DNA from: Parcubacteria group bacterium Gr01-1014_8
Lineage (GTDB): Bacteria; Patescibacteriota; Minisyncoccia; Phycocordibacterales; UBA2100
DNA length: 64,000 nucleotides
Direction of reading: 5' to 3'
NCBI GenBank assembly: GCA_007376385.1
Contig: VMGC01000003.1
Span: 32,001 to 96,000, forward strand
Below, in pieces: positions 8,667 to 19,791 of this stretch. The translations under genes and the position numbers were made by a program. The notes under the pieces were generated by a model. That model saw only the letters and a list, made by a program, of their open reading frames with translations, had not been told where the DNA came from and made no database searches. Positions within the stretch are counted from its first letter, which is position 1. Every line of letters begins with the position of its first letter.

Positions 8667-9908
8667 ATGGCTGTCGTAAATCCGTTCACGTCATATATTG
8701 AACGCCTCGCACGCGCTGCGCGCGCCTTGGGACTCTCGGAAGTCGAAAAAAAACGATTGTCAGAGCCAAACAACATTGTAGATACTCAGATAGAACTTAC
8801 GCGTGATAATGGAACAGTAGAAAGACTCCGCACCTACCGCGTACAATTCAATAATGCACGCGGGCCGTATAAAGGCGGGATCCGCTTTCACAAGGCGGCG
8901 GACTTAGACGAAGTAAAGGCGCTGGCTGCGGCCATGGCAATAAAGTGTGCGGTAGTTGATATTCCGATGGGAGGCGCTAAAGGAGGTGTCCAATTTGACC
9001 CAAAGCAATATTCAGAAGCGGAAATAGAGCGAGTCGCACGAGCATTCATCCGAGCTATGGGTGATGCAATCGGCGCCGACAAAGATATTCCCGCGCCAGA
9101 CGTATACACCAACAGCAACATAATGGGCATCATGCTGGATGAGTTTCAAAAAATGCACGGCCGAAATGAACCCGCCATGATAACGGGAAAGCCGCAGGGA
9201 CTCGGCGGAATAGTCGGTCGTGACACAGCTACAGCACAAGGCGGTGTGTATGTGCTCGATTACTTTGTGAGTGCTCTTGGTTTCAAGAAAAAAGGTCTGC
9301 GCGTCGCAATACAAGGGTTTGGGAATGCGGGGGCTACCGCTGCAAAGATCTTGAGCGGAGATGGACACAGTATCGTCGGCATTTCCGATAGCAGCGGAGC
9401 TCTCCTATTCGAAACTGGGCTGGACATAGACAAACTCCTTCTTGAAAAAAACAAAAGCGGCGAGTTAAAAGATACGCGTGCAAGAATCGCAACAAATCAG
9501 GAGCTATTAGAAACGGACTGTGATGTTTTGATACCTGCCGCACTCGACAATCAACTGACCGTTGAAAATGCGCCTCGGGTAAAAGCAAAAATAATACTGG
9601 AATTGGCCAACGGGCCAACTACTCCGGAGGCGGACGTGATTTTCGGGCAACGAGACATTACTGTCATCCCCGATGTACTAACTAACGCGGGGGGAGTTAC
9701 CGTATCCTATTTTGAATGGCTGCAAAATCGGGAAGGAAGCATCTGGTCGGAAGAAAAAGTACGCGAGCAATTGAAAGAAATAATGACAAAAGCATCCGGC
9801 GTTCTATGGAAAAAATCAAAGGAACTGAATGTCCCCCTCCGAGATGCGGCGTTCCTTCTTGGCGTTGAACGAATTGTGAGTGCTATGAGGACCCGGAGGG
9901 CTGTCTAA
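8667..9908 (+). CDS. gdhA: Glutamate dehydrogenase (Glu/Leu/Phe/Val dehydrogenase family)
   Basis: 413 aa. Catalytic-Lys motif KGGIRF and the conserved DIPMGGAKGG box. C-terminal Rossmann GFGNAG. Confidence 0.9.
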   Translation: MAVVNPFTSYIERLARAARALGLSEVEKKRLSEPNNIVDTQIELTRDNGTVERLRTYRVQFNNARGPYKGGIRFHKAADLDEVKALAAAMAIKCAVVDIPMGGAKGGVQFDPKQYSEAEIERVARAFIRAMGDAIGADKDIPAPDVYTNSNIMGIMLDEFQKMHGRNEPAMITGKPQGLGGIVGRDTATAQGGVYVLDYFVSALGFKKKGLRVAIQGFGNAGATAAKILSGDGHSIVGISDSSGALLFETGLDIDKLLLEKNKSGELKDTRARIATNQELLETDCDVLIPAALDNQLTVENAPRVKAKIILELANGPTTPEADVIFGQRDITVIPDVLTNAGGVTVSYFEWLQNREGSIWSEEKVREQLKEIMTKASGVLWKKSKELNVPLRDAAFLLGVERIVSAMRTRRAV

Positions 9909-10031
9909 CGCGCGAGTGAAGGGACTTTTTCTCCCCCGCTTTGCATTTGCAAAGCTCCTCCGAAACCGGCCGCCCTCGCTCGAACCAGTGGCGCTCGGGT
10001 CGGCTTCAAGTCCCGTTTTGCATAGCAAAAC

Positions 10032-10058
10032 AAAAGAGTCCCATAGTGGGACTCTTTT
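10032..10058. terminator. Bidirectional intrinsic terminator hairpin
   Basis: AAAAGAGTCCCA-TAG-TGGGACTCTTTT: a 9-bp GC-containing stem flanked by A- and T-tracts. Lies downstream of both gdh (+) and tRNA-Asp (-). Confidence 0.6.
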
Positions 10059-10067
10059 GTCTCGCTG

Positions 10068-10141
10068 CGCGAGTGAAGGGACTTGAACCCTCGACCTTTC
10101 CCGTGACAGGGGAACGCTCTAACCAGCTGAGCTACACCCGC
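10068..10141 (-). tRNA. tRNA-Asp (anticodon GUC)
   Basis: Minus-strand GCGGGTGTAGCTCAGCTGGTTAGAGCGTTCCCCTGTCACGGGAAAGGTCGAGGGTTCAAGTCCCTTCACTCGCG. Anticodon loop CTGTCAC. CCA not encoded. Confidence 0.9.
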
Positions 10142-10229
10142 AAGTGAGGAACAAAGAGATGCGTGCACGCTCTTTTTCCGGACGCCGCGGGTGCATCCTA
10201 AACACATCCCGCAAGGCCCGTACAATATA

Positions 10230-10493
10230 TCACTTACGCCTCTTTTTCAAACCTTTATGACCTAAGAGATATTTAACGACATCGATACCCGAAACAGCGG
10301 CCCACACGCTATTTGTGAGCATGAACGGAACTACTCCTTGATCATACGCGTAGACGAAAAGACCTACCCCACTCACAAAATTGATGAAGTCATACCAAAA
10401 ACTTTCCGCCTTAAGTTTGCCGTACTCGTTGGCGATAAACGCGGAAAGAGTAAGGAGGGCAGATGCAATGCCCAGGATTTCTATGCTACTCAC
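10230..10493 (-). CDS. Small predicted membrane protein
   Basis: 87 aa with two or three hydrophobic helices and a basic C-terminus (KGLKKRRK). Confidence 0.45.
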   Translation of the reverse strand: MSSIEILGIASALLTLSAFIANEYGKLKAESFWYDFINFVSGVGLFVYAYDQGVVPFMLTNSVWAAVSGIDVVKYLLGHKGLKKRRK

Positions 10494-10512
10494 CTTAGTA
10501 TTCTACTACAGG

Positions 10513-10586
10513 TGCTGGGGGACGGGATCGAACCGTCGACCTAGCGCTTATGAAACGCTCGCTCTAACCGACTGAGCTACCCCAGC
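10513..10586 (-). tRNA. tRNA-Met (anticodon CAU), elongator type
   Basis: Minus-strand GCTGGGGTAGCTCAGTCGGTTAGAGCGAGCGTTTCATAAGCGCTAGGTCGACGGTTCGATCCCGTCCCCCAGCA. Position 1-72 is paired. Loop TTCATAA. Confidence 0.8.
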
Positions 10587-10790
10587 GTTTCGCCAGAATA
10601 GCATTTTTGACAGGCGACTCAACTATTTTGTTGCGGGGGCGGGCTTGGTCAGGAATAATTCGCTTGCCGACGCAAGCGAATTTTCACGACCCTGGCTCGC
10701 AGTCTCGCGCGCGCTCGACATCGCTCCGCCTTGCAAGTCCCGACGAGAAGTGCGAAGGCACTTCTCTCCCCCGCACAACCCGATCACAGC

Positions 10791-10817
10791 AAAAAATCCG
10801 CGCGAGGCGGATTTTTT
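10791..10817. terminator. Intrinsic terminator hairpin downstream of tRNA-Met
   Basis: AAAAAATCCGC-GCGAG-GCGGATTTTTT: a symmetric A/T-flanked GC stem. Confidence 0.6.
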
Positions 10818-10827
10818 GCTGTACTTG

Positions 10828-10899
10828 TTGCGGGGGCGGGACTTGCACCCGCGACCTTCAGGTTATGAGCCTGACGAGCTACTACTGCTCCACCCCGCT
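10828..10899 (-). tRNA. tRNA-Met (anticodon CAU), initiator-like
   Basis: Minus-strand AGCGGGGTGGAGCAGTAGTAGCTCGTCAGGCTCATAACCTGAAGGTCGCGGGTGCAAGTCCCGCCCCCGCAA. Near-identical to the bacterial tRNA-fMet framework (GCGGGGTGGAGCAG...CTCATAACC...CCCCCGCAA) with an unpaired 1:72 position. Confidence 0.8.
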
Positions 10900-11096
10900 A
10901 CAGATGATGATACCGCGATTGAGACTCCGAACGCAAGCGAATTTTATTTGCGACGTAGAGCGAGTGAAATGCAAAAGAGCACTTTTGCATTTCCGAGCCG
11001 AGGAGCAAACACAGGTTCAATACCTCGCAGCTTTGCTGCGAGACAGGGCGAGCGAAGCGAGCTCCATAATACCTCGGGGCTTGCTCCGAGGGACCT

Positions 11097-11786
11097 TTAT
11101 TCAATATATTTGAATTCTCTAAAAACGCGCTCATACATTCGTATCACGCGTTTTGCTTCGCGCGCATCAAGCTGAACATTTGCACTATCGTGCACAACAC
11201 GATTTCTTATTTTGTGAGCTTCCCACGCGAAATCGATCGAATTGAATGCCTCAATAGGAATTTGCTTCATTTTATCTGCCATTGTTTCCCCTTTATATCC
11301 GAGCACATCCAAGAGGTCATTCAGCATGATATCCGCTTCAAGTATGGCAAGCCGCCATTTTTCCACATCTTCTGAATTCACCTGCTCCCAAATTCGACGC
11401 CAGCGAAGCTGTGTCCTAGACAGATCTTGGCTGACAATTGGTCGAGCACCGGCAGCCATAGCTGTTCGCTCAATGCGGCGTATCTGCAGGATGCGCACAA
11501 CGCAATAGATGATGCCGGCGCCAAGGACAAGTGAAAGAAATGTTGCAAGGGGAAATATCGGCCCCCAGAAATTTAGGATCGTATCGACTGACCAGCCGGT
11601 CGTCACCTCCTGCTGTATCGACTGCACGATTGGCGTTGGCTCCGGATAGACACTGGGATCATAGGTAAAGGGCGAGGGCGGCGGTGCGTCTCCGTAGCCC
11701 GCATCATAGAACCACGCCAAGGTAACGCTCTCAAAAAAATGAACTACTGCCCAGTAGGCATCTCCAAGTGAACTTCCTCCATTCAT
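11097..11786 (-). CDS. Hypothetical membrane protein
   Basis: 229 aa. Pro-rich N-terminal segment, one TM helix (IFPLATFLSLVLGAGIIYCVV), soluble C-terminal domain with no recognised motif. Confidence 0.5.
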   Translation of the reverse strand: MNGGSSLGDAYWAVVHFFESVTLAWFYDAGYGDAPPPSPFTYDPSVYPEPTPIVQSIQQEVTTGWSVDTILNFWGPIFPLATFLSLVLGAGIIYCVVRILQIRRIERTAMAAGARPIVSQDLSRTQLRWRRIWEQVNSEDVEKWRLAILEADIMLNDLLDVLGYKGETMADKMKQIPIEAFNSIDFAWEAHKIRNRVVHDSANVQLDAREAKRVIRMYERVFREFKYIE

Positions 11787-11795
11787 TCGCCTATT

Positions 11796-13211
11796 CTACC
11801 GCGTTTGTTCAATATCCTTGCCGATTGTAAACAACATCTCTTCCCCACCATGCGAACCAATGGCTTGAAAGCCTACTGGGAGCTCTTTCCCATCGCGAGT
11901 GACAGTACCCGCGGGCACAGATATCGCAGGAACGCCTGCAAGATTTACAGGTACGGTGAAAATATCTGCCGCGTACATAGCGAGAGGATCGTCCGATTTT
12001 TCTCCGATCTTAAACGCGGGAATTGGCGATGTGGGTGTTGCAACAGCATCAACCGATTCAAATGCTTTTTTAAAATCCTCACGGACGAGGGAGCGAACAG
12101 CACGAGCCTTACGATAGTACGCGTCAGCGTAACCCGATGAGAGCACAAATGTTCCTACTAAGATCCGGCGCCTGGCTTCGGGACCGAATCCACGTCCTCG
12201 CGTTTTTGTGTATACATCTCCTATTGTTTCTGCGGGTTCAGAAAGACCATAACGTATACCGTCAAAGCGCGCCAGATTCGTAGACACTTCGGCCGGATTA
12301 ATAATGTAGTACACAGCAAGAGAGTATGTGAGATTCGGCAATTCGATGTCTCGGATCTCATACCCTGCTTTCCGCAAATTATTGAGCACACTCTCGAACC
12401 GCAAAGATACATCTTTTTCCACTCCACTTGAGACGAACGCGCGAGGTACCCCTATCACCTTCGGCTTTTTTACGTACACAGCTGTATCCGGAAGCGACGT
12501 ACTGTCGTTAGTATCGTGCCCTCGTATCGCGTTAAACACAGCCTCAACATCGCCGACTGTTTTGCCGATGGGGCCGATCTGATCAAGAGATGACGCAGCT
12601 GCCATTAATCCGAAGCGCGACACTGCACCGTACGTTGGTTTCAAACCGACAACACCGCAAAGAGCCGCGGGCTGGCGAATTGAGCCGCCAGTGTCACTTC
12701 CGAGACCGACCAGAGCCATATTCGCCGCAACCGCCGCCGCAGGTCCTCCCGACGTCCCGCCAGCAACACGCGATGTATCGTACGGATTCTTGGTTACGCC
12801 ATACGCTGAATTTTCCGTCGAGGAGCCAAGAGCAAATTCATCCATATTTGCTCGTCCCAAAAATACCGCTCCCTCATTTTTTAGCTTTGTTGTTACGGTT
12901 GCATCATACGAAGCTACATAGCTCTCCAATATCTTGGAGGCAGCGCTCGCATGTCGCCCTTTTATTAAAATATTGTCTTTTATCGCAACAGGAATTCCAG
13001 TAAGAGATAATGCATTGCCTTCTCGTATGCGTTCGTCCGCTTCTTGTGCTTCAGCGAGCGCTGTTTCCGCCCATACTTCTAAATACGCATGAATATCAGG
13101 GTCGCGCAGGGCTATCTCTTTTAAATAGGCTTCGGTTAGTTCTCTCGCTGAAAATTTCTTGGCATCGAGTGCGCGTCTGGCCTCCATAACCGTAAGTGCT
13201 GATAGTTCCAT
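11796..13211 (-). CDS. gatA: Glutamyl-tRNA(Gln)/aspartyl-tRNA(Asn) amidotransferase subunit A
   Basis: 471 aa. Amidase signature GGSSGGPAAAVAA...GSDTGGSIRQPAA. Confidence 0.95.
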   Translation of the reverse strand: MELSALTVMEARRALDAKKFSARELTEAYLKEIALRDPDIHAYLEVWAETALAEAQEADERIREGNALSLTGIPVAIKDNILIKGRHASAASKILESYVASYDATVTTKLKNEGAVFLGRANMDEFALGSSTENSAYGVTKNPYDTSRVAGGTSGGPAAAVAANMALVGLGSDTGGSIRQPAALCGVVGLKPTYGAVSRFGLMAAASSLDQIGPIGKTVGDVEAVFNAIRGHDTNDSTSLPDTAVYVKKPKVIGVPRAFVSSGVEKDVSLRFESVLNNLRKAGYEIRDIELPNLTYSLAVYYIINPAEVSTNLARFDGIRYGLSEPAETIGDVYTKTRGRGFGPEARRRILVGTFVLSSGYADAYYRKARAVRSLVREDFKKAFESVDAVATPTSPIPAFKIGEKSDDPLAMYAADIFTVPVNLAGVPAISVPAGTVTRDGKELPVGFQAIGSHGGEEMLFTIGKDIEQTR

Positions 13212-13213
13212 AC

Positions 13214-15534
<2,321 letters not shown>

Positions 15535-15586
15535 TTACAAGGTAGAGCCTGTCGATGCCAGTAGCCAATGTAGGGTCGAAAAACGC

Positions 15587-15997
15587 CTAGTACCGCAATT
15601 CGACGGAACGCTGAAGCGCACGAGCACTCGTCCCAATAGAAGCACAGCTAGTGCTGTATCCGTCCGAGTGAATAGTGGTCCGAGGATAAAAGTTTCGTTT
15701 CGTTACAACTACTCTCACGCAGCGCCCGTTTGGTTCGAATTCGTACGAGAACGTCACCGTCCACGGAGCATACGATGCCTGGCTATAGTACGAGCCTTCG
15801 GCGTAGTAAGAAGACTGGCTGTAGTACGTGCTTTGCGAATAGTATGTTGATTGACTGTAGTATGTACCTTGAGAATAGTACGTCCCCTGCGAATAGTATC
15901 CGCCTTCACCATACGCAGCGTATGCAAAAAAGGGCACCGCGCTCAACAAAAAGACAAGAGCAAACAGAAACTTCTTCTTTTGTTGCGATACGTTCAT
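15587..15997 (-). CDS. Secreted protein with tandem YYSQ(G/S)T repeats
   Basis: 136 aa. N-terminal signal peptide (FLFALVFLLSAVPFFAYA). Six to seven tandem hexapeptide repeats (GTYYSQ / STYYSQ) encoded by an 18-nt DNA repeat at about 15780-15900. Confidence 0.6.
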   Translation of the reverse strand: MNVSQQKKKFLFALVFLLSAVPFFAYAAYGEGGYYSQGTYYSQGTYYSQSTYYSQSTYYSQSSYYAEGSYYSQASYAPWTVTFSYEFEPNGRCVRVVVTKRNFYPRTTIHSDGYSTSCASIGTSARALQRSVELRY

Positions 15998-16002
15998 GTA
16001 CT

Positions 16003-16287
16003 CTATTGAGCTTGGGTCGTTACGTTAACGGTTTGACCATCGCACGTTATTTGCTCAGGCGGAGATGACGTTGAAAATAGCTCATGACGAATATCCCAAT
16101 AGAGCGCACATTCTGCCCCAGTGTCTGCAGCGTAAAATGCGAATTGCGAATCTCTTCCTATGGAAGAAAGAATGACGCTTTTACGCGCGATGGTTACGAT
16201 AGCCAGTCCCAGCGCGAGTGAAAGCGAGGCGATAAGAGCCGAAAGAAGGAGTGTAAAACCGCGGCTTTTTTCCTTTGGAAATTTCAT
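16003..16287 (-). CDS. Prepilin-type N-terminal domain protein (minor pilin / pseudopilin)
   Basis: Basic leader followed by GFTLLLSALIASLSLALG. Start at the internal Met gives 94 aa. Confidence 0.55.
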   Translation of the reverse strand: MKFPKEKSRGFTLLLSALIASLSLALGLAIVTIARKSVILSSIGRDSQFAFYAADTGAECALYWDIRHELFSTSSPPEQITCDGQTVNVTTQAQ

Positions 16288-16297
16288 ATCAATATCA

Positions 16298-17068
16298 TTA
16301 CAACGCGCTGCCATCTTCTACCCAGCGGTATAAGTTCTCGGAGATGGTGAACGAACGCGGTTGAAACGAACCGCTACGCCACTGTACAGTCACGCTGACC
16401 CTTATTTCGTCTGGTGCATTTATGAACTTGACATGCGCGGTACGCGTAAAGCGCGTTGCAGTCCATCCCGACAGGCCTCGGCCATACCCATACAAATTAC
16501 CATCTGTCTCTAGCGGTGGACATGTGCCGGATGTACATACGCTTGCGTCCATGTAATTGTCGCGTGTATCTATAACGAACGGGGCATCATTCGGGATGCC
16601 TTCAAGCAAGTCTACAGCTGTGCCCAAAGCGTTCTCTAGTATGTGCCCGTCACGTACGGATCGAACTGATTCAATCGCCTCTTGTGCCAGATGGAACGCC
16701 GTTATCTGATCTCTCGCATAGAAAGCAGTGGCCAGACTTTGCGCGACGAGTCCCATCGGAACCACGATAGCTATTGTGAGGAGCGAGATCGCTACCAACG
16801 TCTCAATGAGCGAGAACCCCGAACTGTCAGATGCTCTTTGCGGATCACGCAATAAAAAAGCCCGCCCCGCCGTTCCTCGCCTCATAGAGGCGAGGTATTC
16901 CGCGGGACGGGACCAGGCTTTTGTTTTGGAATAGGAATCGACCACCGTCGATTCGAGTTTAGTGTGCATCCCCGCAGCAAGCTGCGGGATATTGCACGCC
17001 AATAAAAGACCGGACATCGGTTTTCCTTGACTTGAAGCGCGTGAACCTGGACGCAGATGCTTTATCAT
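16298..17068 (-). CDS. Prepilin-type cleavage/methylation domain protein (minor pilin)
   Basis: Class III signal G|FSLIETLVAISLLTIAIV preceded by a long leader. ATGA overlap with the upstream gene. True start uncertain. Confidence 0.65.
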   Translation of the reverse strand: MIKHLRPGSRASSQGKPMSGLLLACNIPQLAAGMHTKLESTVVDSYSKTKAWSRPAEYLASMRRGTAGRAFLLRDPQRASDSSGFSLIETLVAISLLTIAIVVPMGLVAQSLATAFYARDQITAFHLAQEAIESVRSVRDGHILENALGTAVDLLEGIPNDAPFVIDTRDNYMDASVCTSGTCPPLETDGNLYGYGRGLSGWTATRFTRTAHVKFINAPDEIRVSVTVQWRSGSFQPRSFTISENLYRWVEDGSAL

Positions 17069-17703
17069 AGGTCTAGTATTCGCTGCGCCGCCGTCGCTTG
17101 TATGGAATAGGTAGTCTTTGTTTTTACTTTTGCTGCACCAGCAATGCCTTTCACGACAATAACGACTTTAGGCTGAACAGTATCACCCGGCGTAGTGCCC
17201 ACTACGTAAAACGCCATCTCTTCAATACTGACCTCTTCTGCCGTTATGGGAAATTCTGTTCCCCCTCCATTTTCAGATTTATATATTCGTTTCGTTTCTG
17301 CATCATATCGGTACCTCCACTGGTCATTAACATCACTTGAACTTCCGCCGAAAGGCTCGAACGCGAAGGACGTACCGGGAGTATCCGCGCAATCCTGCGG
17401 GATTGTCTGCGTCCCGCTGCCGCAATGATAGGTACTGCCCATGCGGATAGCGCGCACCATGCCATCAAGGGCTATGTTCAAATTATTCATCACTGATTCG
17501 AGCGCCCGAGCTTTTCTGTTGGCATCAATGAGAGAAACGAGCGCCCCGAGACCAACGAGCATAACGATCGCAAAGAGCCCCACTGAGACGACCATTTCGA
17601 CAAGCGAAAATCCGGGGGAGTGTCCTCCATGGAATACAGAACGCGAGGAATGAGGGTGAATCCCCTTTTTTTCCGTACTCCTTGCCGTTGATCTTGGTTC
17701 CAT
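17065..17703 (-). CDS. Prepilin-type cleavage/methylation domain protein (minor pilin)
   Basis: 212 aa. G|FSLVEMVVSVGLFAIVMLV motif after a roughly 30-aa leader. Confidence 0.7.
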   Translation of the reverse strand: MEPRSTARSTEKKGIHPHSSRSVFHGGHSPGFSLVEMVVSVGLFAIVMLVGLGALVSLIDANRKARALESVMNNLNIALDGMVRAIRMGSTYHCGSGTQTIPQDCADTPGTSFAFEPFGGSSSDVNDQWRYRYDAETKRIYKSENGGGTEFPITAEEVSIEEMAFYVVGTTPGDTVQPKVVIVVKGIAGAAKVKTKTTYSIQATAAQRILDL

Positions 17704-17704
17704 A

Positions 17705-18406
17705 CTATCGTACTGAGATCTGCCCTGTCGCTTCGACGATGATCGACTTCGTATCTCCTCGAGGTGAACGAACGACTATCCGCGCGTTCTGCTGACAATT
17801 CGCGAGTGAGAGAAGACACGAGAGATCATTCGCACTTATAAGCGCATCCGGTTCCGGTCGTCTAAAGAGAATATCCAACTTCGAGACCGCCGTACATGTG
17901 CTTGCGTCCGCACCTGCGGGTACGCAAAGCCTGCCGACCGAAAATCCACCTGCAAGCGTCGATGCTTGCTGCAGCTCGCACGTCGCTGAAGAACTGGAAT
18001 CAGGACAATCATACAAACCATTCTCGATGACCGCGTCCGCAAAGATCTGGTAGGACGTAGGGTCAGAACTCGCGAAATGCATTCCATAGGATGCCCCGAA
18101 ATTACCGGCGCCGAAGCGCTGCACGGCGATGCCATAGACTTGCGTCTGGCTTACGGAGAGGGCGACATCATACGTCAAATTTTCCAACGTTATTGCCGCC
18201 CCGAATTTTGAATAATTTGCCAGGAGAATTGATGAAATGATCACAAAGATTGCCGTAACAACCATGAGCTCGATCAGCGTGTATCCTCCATCAGAAGATG
18301 CTTCCGCCGCGTCAGAACCTTTTTTTGAACGCGTTCGTTCACTTCCCCGCACAACGCTTCCTACGGAAGAAAAGGAATGGATATGCCGTATACGTTCAAT
18401 TGCCAT
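17705..18406 (-). CDS. Prepilin-type cleavage/methylation domain protein (minor pilin)
   Basis: GG|YTLIELMVVTAIFVII motif. I trimmed the track ORF (to 18802) to the Met at 18406, because its N-terminal 130 aa are Cys/Arg-rich nonsense overlapping pilD. Confidence 0.6.
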   Translation of the reverse strand: MAIERIRHIHSFSSVGSVVRGSERTRSKKGSDAAEASSDGGYTLIELMVVTAIFVIISSILLANYSKFGAAITLENLTYDVALSVSQTQVYGIAVQRFGAGNFGASYGMHFASSDPTSYQIFADAVIENGLYDCPDSSSSATCELQQASTLAGGFSVGRLCVPAGADASTCTAVSKLDILFRRPEPDALISANDLSCLLSLANCQQNARIVVRSPRGDTKSIIVEATGQISVR

Positions 18407-19170
18407 ACTAGTATGCAGCTTGCGATGAGAAAGGGACCAAAGGGAACCTCGCTCTCCATTGTAAAGCGCGGAGCGCCCCTGCTCAATGGAGTTATCCCAA
18501 TCTTCTCCGCATACGCAAGAAGCACAGGAAGCGGGAGTAAGATACAGACACTTACGACGGCACCGATAATGAACGCACATAGTATGGCAAAAGGACCCGC
18601 GATGGGTCCTAAAAGAAAACCAATAGTAAATGCAAGTTTTACGTCGCCGAGTCCCATCCATTTGCCTCTCGACACAAGCCACAGCGAAAAAAGCGGCGTT
18701 GCAGTGGCAAGAGCGCCAAGAACTACGTATGTAATTTGGGACGCCTCTTCCATCGCAAGGAGGCCATACACAAATGCGACTACGCCCGCTGCATAGCTCC
18801 ACACATCAGGAATAACTGTGTGGTATATATCGTACACAGTGATCGCTACAAAGAGTGCCATGATGAGCACTCCTAAGATCTTTAATTCGATAGGAAGCGG
18901 GGAAAGACCCACCAGAACAAAAAGTAGCGCCGTTCCTATTTCAACCAGTGGATATTGCAAAGATATGCGATTCTTGCAATAGCGACATGCGCCCCCTAAG
19001 TAGACAAAAGAAAACACGGGTACGAGATCGACAACCTTGAGTACCGTCCGACACGAAGGACATGCGCTTCTTCCCATCAAATCCCGCTTCCCTTCTCGCA
19101 GGATAAGCACATTCACAAAACTCCCAATGATCAACCCAGATGCGCCAAAGAGGAATGCTTCGAGGACCAC
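18361..19170 (-). CDS. pilD: Prepilin peptidase (A24 family)
   Basis: 269 aa. N-terminal Cys-X-X-Cys...Cys-X-X-Cys zinc box (CPSCRT...CRYCKN). Multi-TM C-terminus with catalytic Asp-containing loops. Confidence 0.85.
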   Translation of the reverse strand: MVLEAFLFGASGLIIGSFVNVLILREGKRDLMGRSACPSCRTVLKVVDLVPVFSFVYLGGACRYCKNRISLQYPLVEIGTALLFVLVGLSPLPIELKILGVLIMALFVAITVYDIYHTVIPDVWSYAAGVVAFVYGLLAMEEASQITYVVLGALATATPLFSLWLVSRGKWMGLGDVKLAFTIGFLLGPIAGPFAILCAFIIGAVVSVCILLPLPVLLAYAEKIGITPLSRGAPRFTMESEVPFGPFLIASCILVWQLNVYGISIPFLP

Positions 19171-19246
19171 AGGGAAAAGAATAGCACAACGCCCCCTCCT
19201 TGGGGGCGTTGTGTATCCGCTCTTTTAGGCGGTAGAAGACTTTCCC

Positions 19247-19756
19247 CTACGGCTTCACGCAATACGACGGATCATCACATGTGGTAGCGCCACCTGCGAG
19301 CCCCGCCCAAAGTCCGTCAACGTCACCGAGTGGAACCGCGCTAGCGCCTCCTTCGATAACTGATTTAATGACGTAGCTAGAGCACGGCACTGCCGTACAT
19401 GCTGCACCTGCCCCGTCGGCAGAAGCATACGAGTACACGTACGAACCACTGTTCGTCGGGTCACTTGATATCTGTGAGATGAACTGCTCTGTGACAAGAG
19501 CCCCAAGTCCGCTGGCAGCACCCATGTCTGTTGTGCCAGACACACCACCCGCAACAACTGCTGGGTATGATTGGTGCGCATCGTAGTACAACTCAAGCGC
19601 TAACTGCATTTGCTTCATGTCCGCGATGCGGCGTGCATCACGTCCCTTCTTTCGCGCGCTGTTCAAGGACGCAAGAACGACGGACGAAAGAATACCGATG
19701 ATGGCGATAACCACCAATAGTTCAATGAGAGTGAAGCCTCTCGATGTTCGATTCAT
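19247..19756 (-). CDS. Type IV pilin (major pilin candidate)
   Basis: Start at MNRTSRG|FTLIELLVVIAIIGILSSVVLASL: canonical class III signal with Glu5. About 169 aa. Confidence 0.8.
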   Translation of the reverse strand: MNRTSRGFTLIELLVVIAIIGILSSVVLASLNSARKKGRDARRIADMKQMQLALELYYDAHQSYPAVVAGGVSGTTDMGAASGLGALVTEQFISQISSDPTNSGSYVYSYASADGAGAACTAVPCSSYVIKSVIEGGASAVPLGDVDGLWAGLAGGATTCDDPSYCVKP

Positions 19757-19791
19757 AAAATAAGATTTATTACTAATGTTACTAATAATGG

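Noticed and set aside
8109-8776. Track ORFs 8109..8396 (+) and 8213..8776 (-) overlapping the tRNA-Thr 5' exon and intron
   Set aside because: They overlap a structured RNA gene, have no recognisable motifs, and their composition is typical of antisense or structured-RNA read-through. I treated them as spurious.
9905-10225. Track ORFs 9905..10225 (-) and 9941..10147 (+) across tRNA-Asp
   Set aside because: They overlap the tRNA-Asp gene and the hairpin/repeat spacer. The proteins are low-complexity, Cys/Arg-rich and have no homology.
10607-11175. Track ORFs 10607..11113 and 10645..11175 (+)
   Set aside because: They span two tRNA genes, terminator hairpins and tRNA-fragment repeats. The products are Arg/Ser/Cys-rich and non-coding-like.
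15780-15900. Possible CRISPR array because of 18-nt tandem repeats
   Set aside because: The repeats are contiguous with no unique spacers, lie in frame inside a signal-peptide-bearing ORF and encode YYSQGT units. This is a coding tandem repeat, not CRISPR. No cas genes or repeat-spacer arrays were seen anywhere in the window.
17705-18802. Full 365-aa version of the minor-pilin ORF
   Set aside because: Its first 130 residues are Cys/Arg/Trp-rich, overlap pilD on the same strand in another frame and precede the prepilin signal. I trimmed the gene to the Met at 18406.
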